From contig JBHGNT010000010.1 of assembly GCA_043228905.1 (NCBI GenBank), positions 17,050,001-17,114,000 of the forward strand: DNA of 64,000 nucleotides. The letters are read 5' to 3'. The translations under genes were made by a program, and so were the position numbers. The notes below the pieces were generated by a model. It saw only the letters and a program-made list of their open reading frames with translations. It made no database searches and was not told the origin of the DNA. Within the stretch, counting starts at the first letter, position 1, and the number at the start of each line of letters is the position of its first letter. This DNA is from Azolla caroliniana. Its lineage: Eukaryota; Plantae; Polypodiophyta. Shown one piece after another: positions 37,901 through 54,250 of this stretch.

Positions 37901-38778
37901 AGTAAGATTTGATTTGAGCTATCCGAGGAAAGAAAGATGACCTGCAGATGACTTTTGAGGTGGTACAGAGTCAATCCTTTAACATTCATAGCTTTCATGA
38001 CCGTCTTCGGAGTGGCCTCTGCAGAAGATCAAGAAAAAGGGGGAGGATAAATATAATTCCGTTAATGAGCCGATTCCATCGAGTTTCCAAGATTACTGTC
38101 TTAAACGAATACTACAATAATTTAAAGTTAAATTACAATCATTTATATTAGTCTAGTTAGTATATACAAGAATCGGCCTAGCTTAAATCATGAAGGATTG
38201 AAAGAAATCACATGTCACTACATTACACCACACTACACTTACTATCTGCACCTCCGAGCTGTATGACCGCATCGACGAAGCGATCGTGGAGCTCGGGGGT
38301 CCAGCGAAGGCGGGGCTTCGGATCGGGGGAGCACATCACCGCGATCTCTCCCGACAGGCTCGACATCATTAGTCCCGCGGTGGTGGACACAACTGAGGAG
38401 GAGGATGCACCACCACCACCACTACCACTACCAGTAGTAGCCCCACCACCACCACCTACATGGATGCTATTATATTGTGGTTGTGGTTGCTGTGATTGTG
38501 ATTGTGATTGTGATTGTTGTGGTTGATGCGGATGATGAGCCGTGGCCATGGAATTAGTCGGTGTCAGTTGGTCCAATAATGCCGTGGCCATCGATCCCAC
38601 ACCCATGTGTATGGTGGCAGCATTATGTTGTTGGTGTTGTTGTTGTTGATGATGCATCTGCATCTGCAACTGCATCTGCATTTGCATGTGGTGATCACCA
38701 TTATTATGGCTGTGGTGATGATCATGGCGACGATTTTGTTGTTGATGGTGATGGTGATTATGATTATGATGATGATGA

Positions 38779-38809
<31 letters not shown>

Positions 38810-39089
38810 GATGATGATGATGATGAAGCTGGTCGACATGGCCATTCGCGGAGCTAGGCGAAGTTAATGCCGAGCCTTGCACGCCCGGATGAATATGCAG
38901 TTGATGATGAGGGGAAACCTGAGGATTAATGCTGCTATTACTGAGCAATAGATTGGTATTACTACTATTATTACTATTATGATTGAATAGAATTGGATCA
39001 ATGTAATGGGGAGGAGGAGGTGCAGGAGGGGGGGGAGGAGCTGAGGTGGCTGAGTAGTTGTTGAGGTAGTGATGATGTGCAGAATTCAT
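34557..39089 (-). CDS. MYB-CC (GARP, PHR1-like/PHL/APL subfamily) transcription factor; exons 39089-38243, 38018-37942, 37585-37402, 37099-36982, 35874-35742, 35648-34557
   Basis: GT-AG introns with consistent phases join [59 protein letters not shown] and the coiled coil LE-VQRNLKQRKEVHGKYLRSILEKA. Exons 4 and 5 are predicted from splice sites and phase only. Confidence 0.9.
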
Positions 39090-39145
39090 CTATATATACA
39101 TATGTATATATATTACAGACAGAGATTGAAGAGTTGATGGGAATC

Positions 39146-39218
39146 AGAAGAAGAAGAAGAAGAAGAAGAAGAAGAAGAAGAAGAAGAAGAGGAGGAGGAG
39201 GAGGAGGTGGAGGAGGAG
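39146..39218. repeat. (AGA)n/(GGA)n microsatellite upstream of the MYB-CC start; a further (TC)n run lies at 39444-39476
   Basis: Directly visible simple repeats. Confidence 0.9.
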
Positions 39219-39441
39219 AATTAAGTAGATGGAATAATAATCTCATCAATGATCAGAATATATGCATATATATATATATGTCTATATATAAAGAAAGCAT
39301 GTAAATTAGAGCTCTCACACACACACACATACATATCAATATGTATAGAGAGTGTGTGTTGAGAGAGAGAGAGAGAGGAGTAATATTATTGGTTACAATC
39401 ATAAGCTTTTCAATTTCTAATTTTAAAGATAGCATGGGATA

Positions 39442-39479
<38 letters not shown>

Positions 39480-41486
39480 TCATATCATCATTCCATTGGA
39501 GACCAACAACGAAAAGTGAAAAGGAATAAAAGTAAATGGGAATTGGGGGTCTCATAATCATTCTCATGAAGAGTGTGTTTTTACGTAGAGAGAGAGAGAG
39601 AACTCTTGGTTACATTTCTTATGGAAATCTTGAATGTGTGTGCGAAGAGCCATGTTGTATAGTATTATTGAAAGAGAGGGACAAAGAGAGAGAGAGACAG
39701 AGAGAGTATGTGTGTGTGTAAAGGAGTTACTACAAAGTGATAGTAGTAGGAGGTGGTGGAGGAGAATGGGGCCCAATCAATGGGGGTTGGCATTCTCAAG
39801 GTAGCAAGAAGCATCTTTCATTCTCAATCGCACGTAGTGGGATGCACCATCGGCACACCTCCTCGACACCTTTTCATCTTTCACGTGCTTTTCATATGAC
39901 ATAACTAACTTGCCATACAGACATACATATTTGACTCACTAGCTCCCCCCAGAATCATGTCAATGTTTAAAAAAAAGTCGCTCCCTCCCCCTAGGCCTCT
40001 CTCTTCCCATGCATATCTATGGTCTCTAAAAGTTGCGCACACACACACACACACCCGAGCTGCTTTGTTATGTACCCCACGCGCGTCAATCCTCCATTGG
40101 CCATATTTAACAAGCATCTTGACATGGCGCTACCCCTATAATCATTCTCTTTTCTTCCAGATCCAACCTTCTTTACACTATCGGGCTTGTGTCCTCTCAA
40201 ATGTCTCATGATCAACCCCTCTCCCTTAGCTACTATAGCTTGACCTCAAAAAACTTTCTGTGTCTTCTTTTCACACTATATTAGTGCAAAAAAACAACAA
40301 CATCATCAAAGCATCCCGGCATTCTCTAGTTTGTCGGCATACAAATCATGTCTAGTACTCCTCATTCATACCCTTGCCCCCTCTAGCTTTGGATATAATC
40401 TAATTGATATTAAACTCTACCAATTCATGAATTTAATATATCCAATCGTTTTGGGAATAATAATTAGCTTCTACAAGTTGCTCCATTTTATTCGATACCA
40501 ATCCACTCTCACCCTATTGCTTCCATACAAAAATATCGAAAAAATGAGTTTTGTAAACACATCACCTCTGTATCTGTCAACATAATCATGACCTTCTTCA
40601 TAATCATAGTGCCATCATGCGTGTTGCCAATAATTATTTTCACTTTCCCTTACTATCCACAATGGCGTCAAGACTAAGCAACTTATTCCGAAGGTAGAGT
40701 GTCACTTCGTGTGGTAGCTATTTTGTCCTTTAGCTTTCTAAATCATTAGAAGTTTTTTTCACACATTGCATGTAATCTAGAAGGATAATTTGTACAATTA
40801 AGCACATTTATCTCCTCACAAAGGAAAATGTTTAGGAGCAGTGACTTTCTAGACTTTGGACTAGTGGGCCTTTTTATTTATTTTTTATAAAGGCCACACA
40901 TGCACCCATCCTTGACATTTTATTCTCACATTGTCACAATCTTGACAAACAAGTACAAAAAGGTTATTTTTGAGCTTTTCATAGATCACTAGTTGCTATC
41001 AATATAATTCGATAGATCATACTTGTCTCTTCAAGATTTAGTGAAAGAATTTAATCGACGTAACCTTATCTCGTTCCTTTTTTTTTCATATCGTATTGCC
41101 GAAGTTTCTACCACAAATTGCGAACTCCGGCCCTTAATTTTGTTGAACTATTTGAGTTATGTCGCTGAAAATCATCGGATTACTAACTACACATGATCAA
41201 TCTTTGGTGCAATGTGTTTTGAGTCTTGCAAAATATATGTGTGCAATATATGTGTGTATGTCATACCACTCTGATGATTATTGTTATTGATCAAATTTGC
41301 ATAAAATTTGGAATTTGCTATGAGAATAGCTGCAGCAAACACTCAAATTCTTACTAATCCAAGTACTAACCATTTGCTGTCACAAAAAAAACCTCATCCA
41401 GAAAATCAGCGCTTAGTCTAGTGCTGCATTCACATATAAACATTAATGCATGCAGGCTGCATGTTGTAGCTATCTTATGAAGGAAG

Positions 41487-41766
41487 ATTAAATCCATCTC
41501 ATGTTTGTGTATGCAATGATAGCTGCTGCCCAAATTCTCTGCAATCAATAAGTGTTTGTATCCCAAGATCTACATGTAGATTACAGTAATATTGCCATTT
41601 TTACGCTTTTGATTAGATCTAGCACATATTAAATCTCATTTGTGTATGCAATGATAGCTGCTGCCCAAATGATCTGCAATCAATTAGTGTTTGTATCCGA
41701 AGATCTAGACATGTAGATTAGTGTAATATTGTCCTTTTTTAGGCTTTTGACCAGATCCAGCACATA
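41487..41766 (+). repeat. ~140-bp diverged tandem duplication
   Basis: TTTGTGTATGCAATGATAGCTGCTGCCCAAAT...AGCACATAT occurs twice. Confidence 0.85.
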
Positions 41767-42949
41767 TATGTATGCGTTGCGTTAGGTGAGGCAATATACA
41801 TGAGACTCATATAATTAGTGATCTCAGTGTTTGACTTTGGTGCGGATTAAAGATATTACGAATATACTTTTGTGTATTAAATATTCCCTCGTAGTTGTGT
41901 GTAGCCTTCTCTTCATTTGCAGAGTGCTAATTAAGAGTTTAAATTGCGCTCATTAGATTTGCAGAAAAGATGAACAAATCACTCTCAACGTCCAATGATC
42001 AATTAATTTGGAACTTAGAAAGCCCTAATACCGGCTTTAAAACTTTAATTTATATGAGATGAGGACAATGTTTTTTTATATATAATTCCTGAAACGGTGT
42101 TTGTGTCTTTAGGGTTGTGCAGGGTGTTGATCCTAGCTGCATATATAAAGAAAGGTATATTAACGTCTTCTAAGACCAAAATTGGCCCATGAGACAGTTG
42201 GTTTACAACAAAAATGGGGTATTTATCCATTCATAGATGGATCGAGAGAGAGACTTAAATATGCTGCCCAACCTTAATCCATCATTTAAATCAATATTTC
42301 AATTTTAATTGTTGTGCTATACAATTCCCTCCATTTTGTGACCAACAACTCCTCTAACTAGGCTCATGTGATGGGGTACATTATCCACCCATGAAGTTTC
42401 ATCATTTGATATAATCTGATAGTATTGTCAAGCATCAAAAGACTTTAATCTACTTAGTACGTAGGTATGCCTTCGAATGTATCAAGTCTCGCACGTATGA
42501 TTCCTTGTTTTGAATCTGAAAGTCTCAAACCTTGTAATCAAGCATTGTAGTTGACTAATTACACCAACAATAAATCCATGTAATATACAATTTTTATTTT
42601 CTTGTCTAAGTGTGAAATTAACTGCATGTCATGCTTATTGTAGTTTAATCTTAATATATCGTGGCTGTGACATAAAGATCATGCATCTTATGGCCGAGTT
42701 TTGTGTGAATTTATTAATTAATGCTTTCTTTTGAACCCAACCTAGAGGATATGATCTCAAGAAACAAATTATGATTAAGAGCTATCAAAATACCATTCTG
42801 GTTTGCCGAGTAACATGAATAAAATGCAGAAGTCTCACATTTGATCATGCCGGGTATCATGTCTCATCATAATAGCATCTGCAACCTCCTCATGTTCATA
42901 TACCATCGGTTTATCATGTACCACCGCCCATAATACTGCATCGTGCCTT

Positions 42950-45822
42950 GACATCGTTGCAACATTTTCAAGAAAGGGATCCATTGTGTGAATGGACAAC
43001 AAATGCTTTACATAATTTGAAATGGGAATTAAGAAAGATTGAGGACAACATTTTAAAATTTCAATATCAAGCTTCTGCTTCAAAATGGACACAAGTAGGT
43101 GACAAAGTAAACAAGACGTTTTTTTCCCAAATTGCACCGAAATGGTCAGCAGTAGGGATTAAACAACTAAGGAGGGAAGATGGCTCCTTAAGAGGAGATG
43201 AGTTAGAAATTGTACAATTTACTACTACGTATTATGCTAAATTGTTGTTTGTTGGTGTGGTTACATAACCTATTCACATAAGTAGGAAACGTGTGTGGGA
43301 CAAAATTAAGCCAAAAGTTACAAATGAAATGAAGGTTGCATTACTTAAGCCCTTTGACATTAAGGAAATACATAATGCACTTAGAGCTTTAAGTCTTATG
43401 TCTTGTCTAGGGGAGGATGGAATTACTCCACATTTTTTCCTCAAATATTCGGAATATATTGGGGAAGACTTAACAAAAGCTTATCAAAGAATTTTTGACA
43501 CTAGGTACATGCCTCATAGTATAGCAGTTAGCAGATGATATTAGAAAATGGAGACCAGTAACATTGTTAAATACAATATATAAAATCTTCACAAAAACAT
43601 TGTCATTGAGATTGCAACCTTTCTTACATGATTTGATTCATATCACCCAAACAAGTTTTATTTAGGAAAGAAGTATACTGGATAATTTGTTCTTTTTTTG
43701 GGAAGCCATTGCCTTGGCTCAGAAGAAAAAAGAGGATTTAGTGATTTTGTTACTTGACTTTGAAAAAGCATATGATCGTGTTGATTGGGAGTTCCTTCAG
43801 GGTACTCTTGTAAGATTGGGTTTTCCGGAGAAATGGGTGATAGGAGTGTTTTCTTTGTATAATTCAACATGCATTTCTGTTTTGGCAGGAGGGGTTAAAG
43901 GTGATGAGTTTCAAATTTCCCGAAGTGTACGACAAGGTTGTCCACTTGCACCATATTTATTTTTGTTTTTTGCTAAAGCGATGAGTTTGTTTTTGACTGC
44001 TGAAGAGGTTGGATTGAAAGGATTAGCAATGCCCATTGATGGGAAAAATGTTGTTGATGTAGAATTTGTTGATGATACAAGTTTGTATCTGGATGGTTTG
44101 AACAATAATCTGCAGAAAATGTACATAATAGTGCAAACATTTTGTATGGCTTCAGGTGCATCAATTAATTGGAATAAATTAGTGGGTTTTTTGGTATCGT
44201 CCAATTCCACAACTCCATAATGGAGTCCTCATCCAGATTTCCGATGGGTTCACAAGGGCACTTCAGTTAGATATTTGGGATGTCAAGTAGGTTTGAATAT
44301 TTCTTCAGAAATTCAAGTTGCTTCTTTGCTATTGAAAATTAGGAAAAAACTTTTGTTTTGGAGTAAAGCTAAACTATCATTTGCGGGTAGAGTGATAGTC
44401 GTTATTTAAGTTTTGTTGTTTAGTCTTTGGTATATTATGTCATGTTGGAGTTTTTCGAGATCATGTATGGGACAATTGCAAAGATTGATTCGAAATTATT
44501 TGTGGTCTGGTAATGATGGAATGCATGCTAGGTCAAAAGTCTCTTCGTCTACAATTGTTAAGCCATTGGATCAAGGAGGATTAGGGATTGTAGATCCATT
44601 ACAACAGTCTAAAGCTTTGATGGCAAAATTGGTGATTCGAGGATTGTTGCTAGGATCGGAACCTTGGAAACAATTGTTGTTTTTTGAATTGCAAAGGTTT
44701 TGTCCCAAGACGGGTGGAGATTGGAGGCCTAGTTTTAGATGGGCTTTTATGGAACATAACAAATTGACTATTGCTACAAATTGGGAAGAGAGATTTGCTC
44801 AATGTGTTCTTAATGGATGGAAAGATATTTCTCTTCATTGACTTAAGACATTGCCAAAAACAGAATCTAAACAACCTCTGATTTGGTATTCATGGTTGAT
44901 TGACCAAAGAGGACAAATGTTGGGAATGCGTACTAGATGTGCATGGGCAGAATTAGATCGTGGGCCATCATAGTCTATAGGTGCATGGACAACGTTTTTG
45001 TCTAAACCTATAGATCAACAAATGATATTAATTAGTAATATAAGGGGTGGGAAGATAATGTCTTCTGCGATCCAGAATGCCCTTTTTAATGTTCAGATGC
45101 AAATTGGATCTGCTACACAGAAGTGGATGGGTTTATTTACTCCATTGGATGTTTTAATTAGAGTTAAAGCCTATATTGGGGAACAAGAGTGTATGAGTTT
45201 TGGTGTAGAAGATGGTTGTAGGTTAATCTTTACACCTTTGGAAAATGATTTGTTTAGGTTTTGTTTACAGAAAGAAGTGCGGGTGATTGCAAATGATGGA
45301 TCAAATTGGGTCTTAGATCTAGATCCTCAAAAGGTGAATTATTTTTTGGAGGATTTGGATATTGGAAAGGAGACCAATATCTACATTAACTTGGGATCCT
45401 GGAGAACTGTATTGGAAGGTGTGGGTGCAAGATAACATCAAATACGTGCCATTCTTTCAGTATTCTGTGAAGATTAGTAGGAAAATATTAGGTGCTAAAT
45501 CATGGAAAGAACCAACTGCAAATGTTGGAGACGAAATGAACTTTCTCCACAACATCTTAAACAATTTTGGAAATGGTTATGGGGTATAAAGATGAGTAGG
45601 AAAATTGTTTGTTTTCGATGGTTGTTGGTTCATAATGCTATACCAGTTAATGGGTGGCGAAAAGGAAATGTATACAAGATGTGCCCTTTTTGTACACGTG
45701 TAATAGAGACTGCAAAACATTGTTTGTGGCGTTGTGGTTTTGCTCTAGACATATGGAAACAAATCATAAAATTATTAACTCCAATATATCCTAGAGGAGT
45801 GTACACATGGGGTGCAGTAACA
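42950..45822 (+). mobile_element. Degenerate LINE ORF2 (RT plus zf-RVT), truncated at both ends
   Basis: GEDGI, KWRPVTLLN, LLLDFEKAYDRVDW, SVRQGCPLAPYLF, FVDD, YLG, QGGLGI and CPFC...ETAKHCLWRC. Same broad family as the LINE at 3000-5720. Confidence 0.92.
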
Positions 45823-47395
45823 TGAATAATTTAATGCAGAAGTCTCACATTTGATCAACACAGGTGCTGCAATCCCATGCCGAAACTGAAAAATATGGGC
45901 TTCCGAGAATATATGTTAGCACAAACTCTCTCTTCCGAAAATAGGAGGGGGGGTATTCAATTCGGGTGAATTTTTCCAGCTACTCCATCTATTGTAATCA
46001 TCTGTGTCTACATACATAGAAGGGGGGGTCACCATGAGATCAGAATTCAATGGTTTCTTTTTCTTTGTCCTCCAATTACTCTAATGGTAACTTGTCAAGT
46101 AGACATCATGGGGTCTCTAATCATTAACATCCCCACAATGATCTTTGCTTTCTCGAGGTCATAGGCTCCAATCCTCACTTCCACATATATTTTGTCACAC
46201 CATGTATCTCTGTTTCCATTCACTGAGATCCTATGCTATAATCATTTCTCCTCGGAATTATTTTAAAGCTAAATTTAAATTGTCTCCATTCTTATGTTTT
46301 CTGCAACATTGGGGCAATATGGTTTTGATTACAAGTTCTGGCAAAGAAATTAGAATTTCCCCAAGATGATTCTTTCATTGAGTTCAAGGCTATGGAAAAC
46401 ATGGGTGTTGGCATACACACATTCTTGGGGGATTTATGTATGGAGCAATCTGATGATGTTTGTGCTCAGGAAGGAAGGGTGCTTGTTATGGGAGACATGA
46501 ATGCATGAATTACTCATACTCCAAAAACAAATTACATGCATGAATTGTGTTCAAGAATGCATGAATGGGAATTAGTAGGCAGAAAACGCATAATCTGAAA
46601 GGATTTGTGTAATAATTCTCGGATTGAAGGAGAACATGGAGGAGCAAAAAACCAAAAAAATCATAAACTCAACATGGGAGTTATTAAACAAGGCTGTTAA
46701 TTTTCACCTCAGTCTCTTTTCAAAGCTTTTGCATTCATTAGGTAGTAGATCCGGAGATAATAAATGGCCCACTTGGGGAACACAAAAAGAAACCAACCAT
46801 TGGATTCTTCCCATAAGCTTACTATTGATGTCTGAGAATGATGCTATGTTGTTGTTGTTCCATGCATTACAAACACTGCAAAAAAAAAGTATCCTATGGA
46901 ATACAGGGTTTCTGTGGGTATTGTAGTCTGGCAGCAAAAATGTGGCCAAGACCAAAATTGATGATAAATGGCACAAATAAGCCTACACTCCATTACCATG
47001 GATATGCTCTTGAGGTAGTGGATAGCTGAATTTAAACACTTGAGAATTGACATGCCAATGTGACCCCATAGTTGATATAAAGCCTCATCAGGAATGACCC
47101 CATAGTTACATGAACTTGTGATCTAGCTTTAGATGCTCGGAATCATGATCCATGGTTTTTAGATATAGACTTTCGTCGGGGTGGGTCATGAACCTACATA
47201 ATAGTCTTGATTTAGCTGTACTCAAGCTTTCTCTAAATGGTAATTTTTCTAGGTTCTAAACTCCTCAAGCTGGAGCACATGTTCTCTTGATGGTGAAATA
47301 CATAACTTATACTTTCATTGAAGCAATTTGGCTGATACTGGTGTAATTAGATCTATAGATCATCTTCAACACCAAGCAATACTAATATTTTATCA

Positions 47396-49019
<1,624 letters not shown>

Positions 49020-50375
49020 TTCTGCGTAATTGGTTGATCTAATGAGCTCTTTAATCTACTACTAGTTGGAGACTTAAAGATCATGATGGTGTCATACACA
49101 GCCTTTGATAGATATGTTTTTCTCCTTCTCATATCCATCAAAGGTATCAAATTCATCCCTTGGGTAATGTTATGGCGTTAGGTTGAAGCAAAGGTACCTA
49201 CCTTCTCTTTTAGTTAAGACAGTCTTACATATTGGAAACTTTTATGTGTCTAGATTTATCGTGAGAAAGGGGCAACCTACTGAATGTAGCAAGGAATTTA
49301 ATGGTACATAAGATTCAAGAACAAGTTATCATTCATTTCTGCCAAAAATCAATGCATTTCTAACATGCTTTGTAGCATGGTTAGAGGATACAATAAAAGC
49401 TCCACGAATCGGCTAAATCATCTTGCAAGGTCATACATTAGGTTTTTGGCATTTCCGAAAACCTCGAAGCCCATGGAGAAGTGGCAAAGTTCCCATTACA
49501 AATCCCTTGTAAAGAAAGCATTGAGTAATGGTTAGAATTCGTAAAACATTCTTGGTTCAATAGAAGTGTAGAACATGGGGATTTGTCACAACGTGGCTTT
49601 TCATTGAGTTAAAACACGGTAACATGGTCGAGGTGAGTATCATGAGAGAATTGCATTGTACAATGATAAGGACCCCAATAGCACAAGATCAATACGTGCA
49701 TAGGATGAAAAGTTAGTATTCATATTGCACAAGAAAGGTATTATTTAAAGAATGAGGTTTTGTATCAATGTTGGCTAATCTCTTGCAAGTTATCATTTCA
49801 AATGCATACAAAATAATGTTTCTAAATGACTTTTATTGCTAACATATTTCAGACTTGTTTACGAATGTAAAAAAATTGAGCCTTGTGTGTTAGAAAAAAA
49901 TGGTTCTAATGGAATAGACAACGATGTGACATTTTCATGATACAAAGTGTGACTAGAATAATTTTAAAGATGAGTGACAACATCATATGTAGAACATCCA
50001 GTATTGTACTACGCAATAGTAAAGAGTAGGCAATGATACATGCAATTGTTGTGGAAGGCTCAAGGTGTGCTTTCAATCTATTACAATGTACTGATCCAAT
50101 GTGTTTGAAAAGGATTGGTGCCTCATATACATATTCTTATGAATGTAAAAACAAAGCAATTTTGATTGACACGAGATAAAGGATTGAAATGCGTAATGCT
50201 ATCATGAAATTGAGGTACAAGAGAAGTTGAAGATCGTGGATGGGGAAAGAAATTTGAACCAAGGGATGGGCAAATCTTTTTGTGTGGAAATGATTCTGTG
50301 AGCCATTTCCCTTCTTTATGGGTATTGGGAGCAAAAAATATGTTTCTACATGAGGACACTAGACTAGGAAAATTG

Positions 50376-52501
50376 TCATGAAGACAAATATGAGCTCAAC
50401 ATCTCCAACAACATGGCATTCCATGTGTCTATAGGACCAGGCAAACACCAATGCAAGCAATCTTGTGGCAAGTCATGGGGTGAAGAATTTGCATTCTTAT
50501 ACGGCCCCGGATGCCCATCTGGCCTTAGTATGGATGCATGAATAGTATCTACAACCTTAAACCTCGAATGTGGAACACCATTTCCATTTTCCAAATTCAG
50601 TGTTTTGGCGAATTCCTCCAGTTGTATGCGGTATACGTTGGCATCAGTTTCTTCCAATGTCGCATTCAAGAACGGTCTTGTTCGCATACAATTACCTCCT
50701 TCATTCCATAGCCCATTCTCAAAATGAGCGGGTGTGAATGTTCGGAACATAACCAACCCGCGGTAATTCGAGGAAGTCAGGAAGTCAAAGACTGTCCTTA
50801 AGGCTGTTCGAAGCCCAAAATATAGTCCCAACTCGGTCAAATTTGTTCCTTGGAGATAATGGCATCCAATGACCTCATTTTTCTGGAAGTAGAGAGAAGG
50901 TCGATAAAACCAATGCCCTGATGATAGCACAAGATAGTCATAATCCGAAATGTTGGATGCCCACTTTTTGTCAACAACATCCAAATGTAACTTTTCGGTG
51001 CCGACAGGAACCCCGTCAATCTTATCTTCCGTTGATTTTATAAGGAAGGGAGCCCAAATGACTGTTAATGTGAAATTATATGAACGAAAGTACCATCGCA
51101 TGATCAAAAACTTGTTGTCAATGTGGATGTTTTCAGGGTATTCAACCTGGCACATCATGCATTGATTTTAGACCCCATCATTGCTCAAACATTGATCAAC
51201 CAGAATTACAAGTTCCTTCATTAACTTATACTCACTATTATTACCTTTGGAATTCCATTTTTTAAAGCACAATTTATAAGTATTTTTACCTGTGCAAGAA
51301 GACATAACAAGGATTGGAAATGGTTTCGAGCTATGGAGTCTCCCGCAAATGCCATCGACTTGCCTTCCACCAATTCCAAGAATTTGTTGGCATCAAACAA
51401 AGGCAACTCACAATCATGTGGCTTCCATCTCCACTTTAAGAATGCGCGATCGGGCCGTCCATTCGCCATGCAATTCTGGTGCTCGTGAATAAAGTCACAA
51501 GTGGCATTTGTATAAGCGGGCTTTCCATGATGAGGTATCCATGTGCCGTGCCATATATTGCATCCACCTAATTACAAAATAAAGAATAATCACTATAGAT
51601 CTTGGTGGTTCATTATGTACATAATTACTATTAGCCAATGCATCCCCCTCTAGTAAAAATGGAAAAGCAAGAAAAACATGATTGCAAACAAATTTATGTT
51701 ACCAATAAGAAATTGTGTCACCCAAAGACAAAAGCATTGCAATCTAAAGCATAGTATGTAAATGCTTTTATGCATGAGTGTGTCTGTATGTATGTGTGTG
51801 TGTATGTGTGTATGTATGTGTGTATGTATATATGTATTTATGTATGTGTGTATGTATGTATGTATGTATGTATTTATGTATGTATGTATGTATGTATGTA
51901 TGTATGTTTGTATGTATGTATGAATGTATGTATGTATGTATGTATGTGAAAGTGTCGGTTCTTTTTCTTCCCATAATTGCACATTGTATAGAAAGAAGCA
52001 CCCAACAACAAAGGAGTATGTACTGCATCTTCTTTGTGGAAACAGTTTATAAAGCAGGCAAACCAAAGGCTATACAATTTATGGAAGAGGAACAACAAAA
52101 TAAACACAAAGCATTCCTATTTTACCAACAGTGAAGTCAATAAGTTGTAAGGGGTCGTCCTCCACGTTAAGTAGAGATTGAGTTGTTGTGGAACTATTGG
52201 AAAATGATATATTGGTATCTGAATCATCTTCATCAGATTCATGCTCATCATGAGGATCAAGAATTACATGAGGATGCTGATGATGACTCTGTTCTATCTC
52301 TCCAGAGCTATGAAGCATTGATTCATTGTCATTGGGGCTAATCTCGGATACATGGGTGCTGTAGCACTCATCATAAGAAGAAGAAGAAGAAGAAAAGCAG
52401 TAATGAAAGGAGGAGTAATGGGAGGTGATGTTGTATAGGGGAAGAAGAAGAAAGAGCAGGAGGAAGAGGGAGAAGGTGAGAGCTATGTTGAAATGAACCA
52501 T
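50376..52501 (-). CDS. Trichome birefringence-like (TBL/DUF231) polysaccharide O-acetyltransferase; exons 52501-52126, 51567-51290, 51146-50376
   Basis: N-terminal transmembrane segment, CNIWHGTW, QNCMANGRPD...WRWKP..C.LP.FD, GDSIARNH (GDS motif) and RPDGHP...DCLHWCLPG (DxxH motif). The start codon is uncertain. Confidence 0.93.
51785..51946. repeat. (TATG)n/(TG)n intronic microsatellite
   Basis: Directly visible; similar runs at 986-1001 and 36702-36740. Confidence 0.95.
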
Positions 52502-53569
52502 GGGATTGTTTGTGGTCAAGGATCTCTGCAGGCAATCAGAAAACATACATATATGCATGTACAGGATGGTGGTGATCAGAGTGTCACATTTCATGAATGA
52601 CCCCCATGACCCCATCATGGTATGAAAGTGGAACACTAGTGCTTCCTCAACACTCTCCTAAACTTAAAATAAGTCTTTTAACACTAAATACAGCTAGCTA
52701 TATAGCCCACACATCTCCTCCATTTGTTGGCAATTGTCTCAAACTAATACTTTTGTCATGACCATCAATCACACCCTCGTCGTCGATCACATGTCTCCAA
52801 TGAAGTTTCGATTACTATTCTCCGTGCCTTGTCCACATTTGCCCGTGTCGTGTCGCTTAACACCTCAGTCTTATCGCTTAATGGGCAGCGATCTGTTGTC
52901 CTCCCTAGAAGATTTCGGTTCCTTGGCCCCCTTAATGATATCTCATCATCATCACACATAATGCATAGGTTCTTTGACCACGTTGTATTGTTTGGATAGG
53001 TTATCTGTCCAAATCTATTCAAAATATCGTGATCTGAAAGCGTAACCCAAGCCGATTATATGCTCGGCACTTTCGCAAGAATTCTTTCTTGTAATAAGCT
53101 TAACTATAAGCGTAATCGGGAGTTCAGTAAAAGCTTGATTGGTCACAAAAAGGCTGACGTAGGGTTCTCATCCTGCATTGTTGACGTAAATTCTCCTTAC
53201 TATTCACCGAAAACCTAGGTTATAACCCAAGAATAAAAAGGAATCTTTGGATAACCTTTCAAAAAAAACTCGATTGTATTTGACACAACAATCAAAATAA
53301 GATTCCAGGAGTGTCGAAATAAAATAGATCCATTTCCTTGCAAAGTATTTAGTCCCCCCAATAGCCATGATACTATGATTTCTATACCTTCCATAATGAA
53401 AAAAAAATTCGACTCAGGCAAAAACGCACGTTTGCCCCATACTATCAGTATTCATACCAACTACTTCGCACCCCCTTTTTTTCCATGAAAAATATGCTCC
53501 ATTGCTATTAAAATTAACAATGCCAAAGGCAATATACAAATAGTACATAGTAGTTTCCACTCCACAAGT

Positions 53570-54250
53570 ATATATCATCAAAGAAAGGACCAACTATAAG
53601 CGTTGGCATTTGGCAAGATAAGGCTAATTATAATCCATGAAAACAACACTCGGCTTTGCCAATAACACCTTTGATACAACAAGCTAGGATACCACCCAAA
53701 AAAGGGGGACAGAATCAGGGACCCTACTATGAATCTCCAACATGTGAAAACAGTTAATGATACATCGAAATATCCATGCTCTATAAGCTCTATCAACATT
53801 ACATTCCATGAGACCATATCTGTAGTACGAATCGTCTGAAATACATCTTCAATTGCCCCTTGTTAGGGTCTCTAAAAAACTTCATGTTGCAACCAAAATT
53901 GGCTAAACGTGGTTCCGCATATACTAAAGCTCTTCACTATAACCATACTCAACATATAACCAAATTCTTGCAGTCCAAAAGAATACATATCTTGGTGGTA
54001 GTCCTACTCAACATACCATTGTTGTCCACCCTGGCTAGTAGTCTAAAAACTCCATGTTTGCATTTGGTTCTACATATACTAAAATTGTTCACCATCACCT
54101 AGTTGTCCACTAGCTATTGCTATTTGGCAAATGTTTTGTACGTCAAGATCTTCTTCAACTGCTTCAGCTGAAGACACGAAAACAAGCCATGATGCACATG
54201 TCGCTTGGGGTAAAACGTGATGGGTCACCTTTGATAGCTCTCTTCCATAT
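53570..54250 (-). pseudogene. Possible PLS-class PPR gene relic
   Basis: FQTIRTTDMVSWNVMLIELIEHG resembles the F..M...DVVSWN.MI...HG PPR motif. The surrounding frames are broken. Confidence 0.4.

Noticed and set aside
34611-39304. Poly-M/L/I/R ORFs overlapping the MYB-CC gene
   Set aside because: They are alternative-frame readings of trinucleotide repeats.
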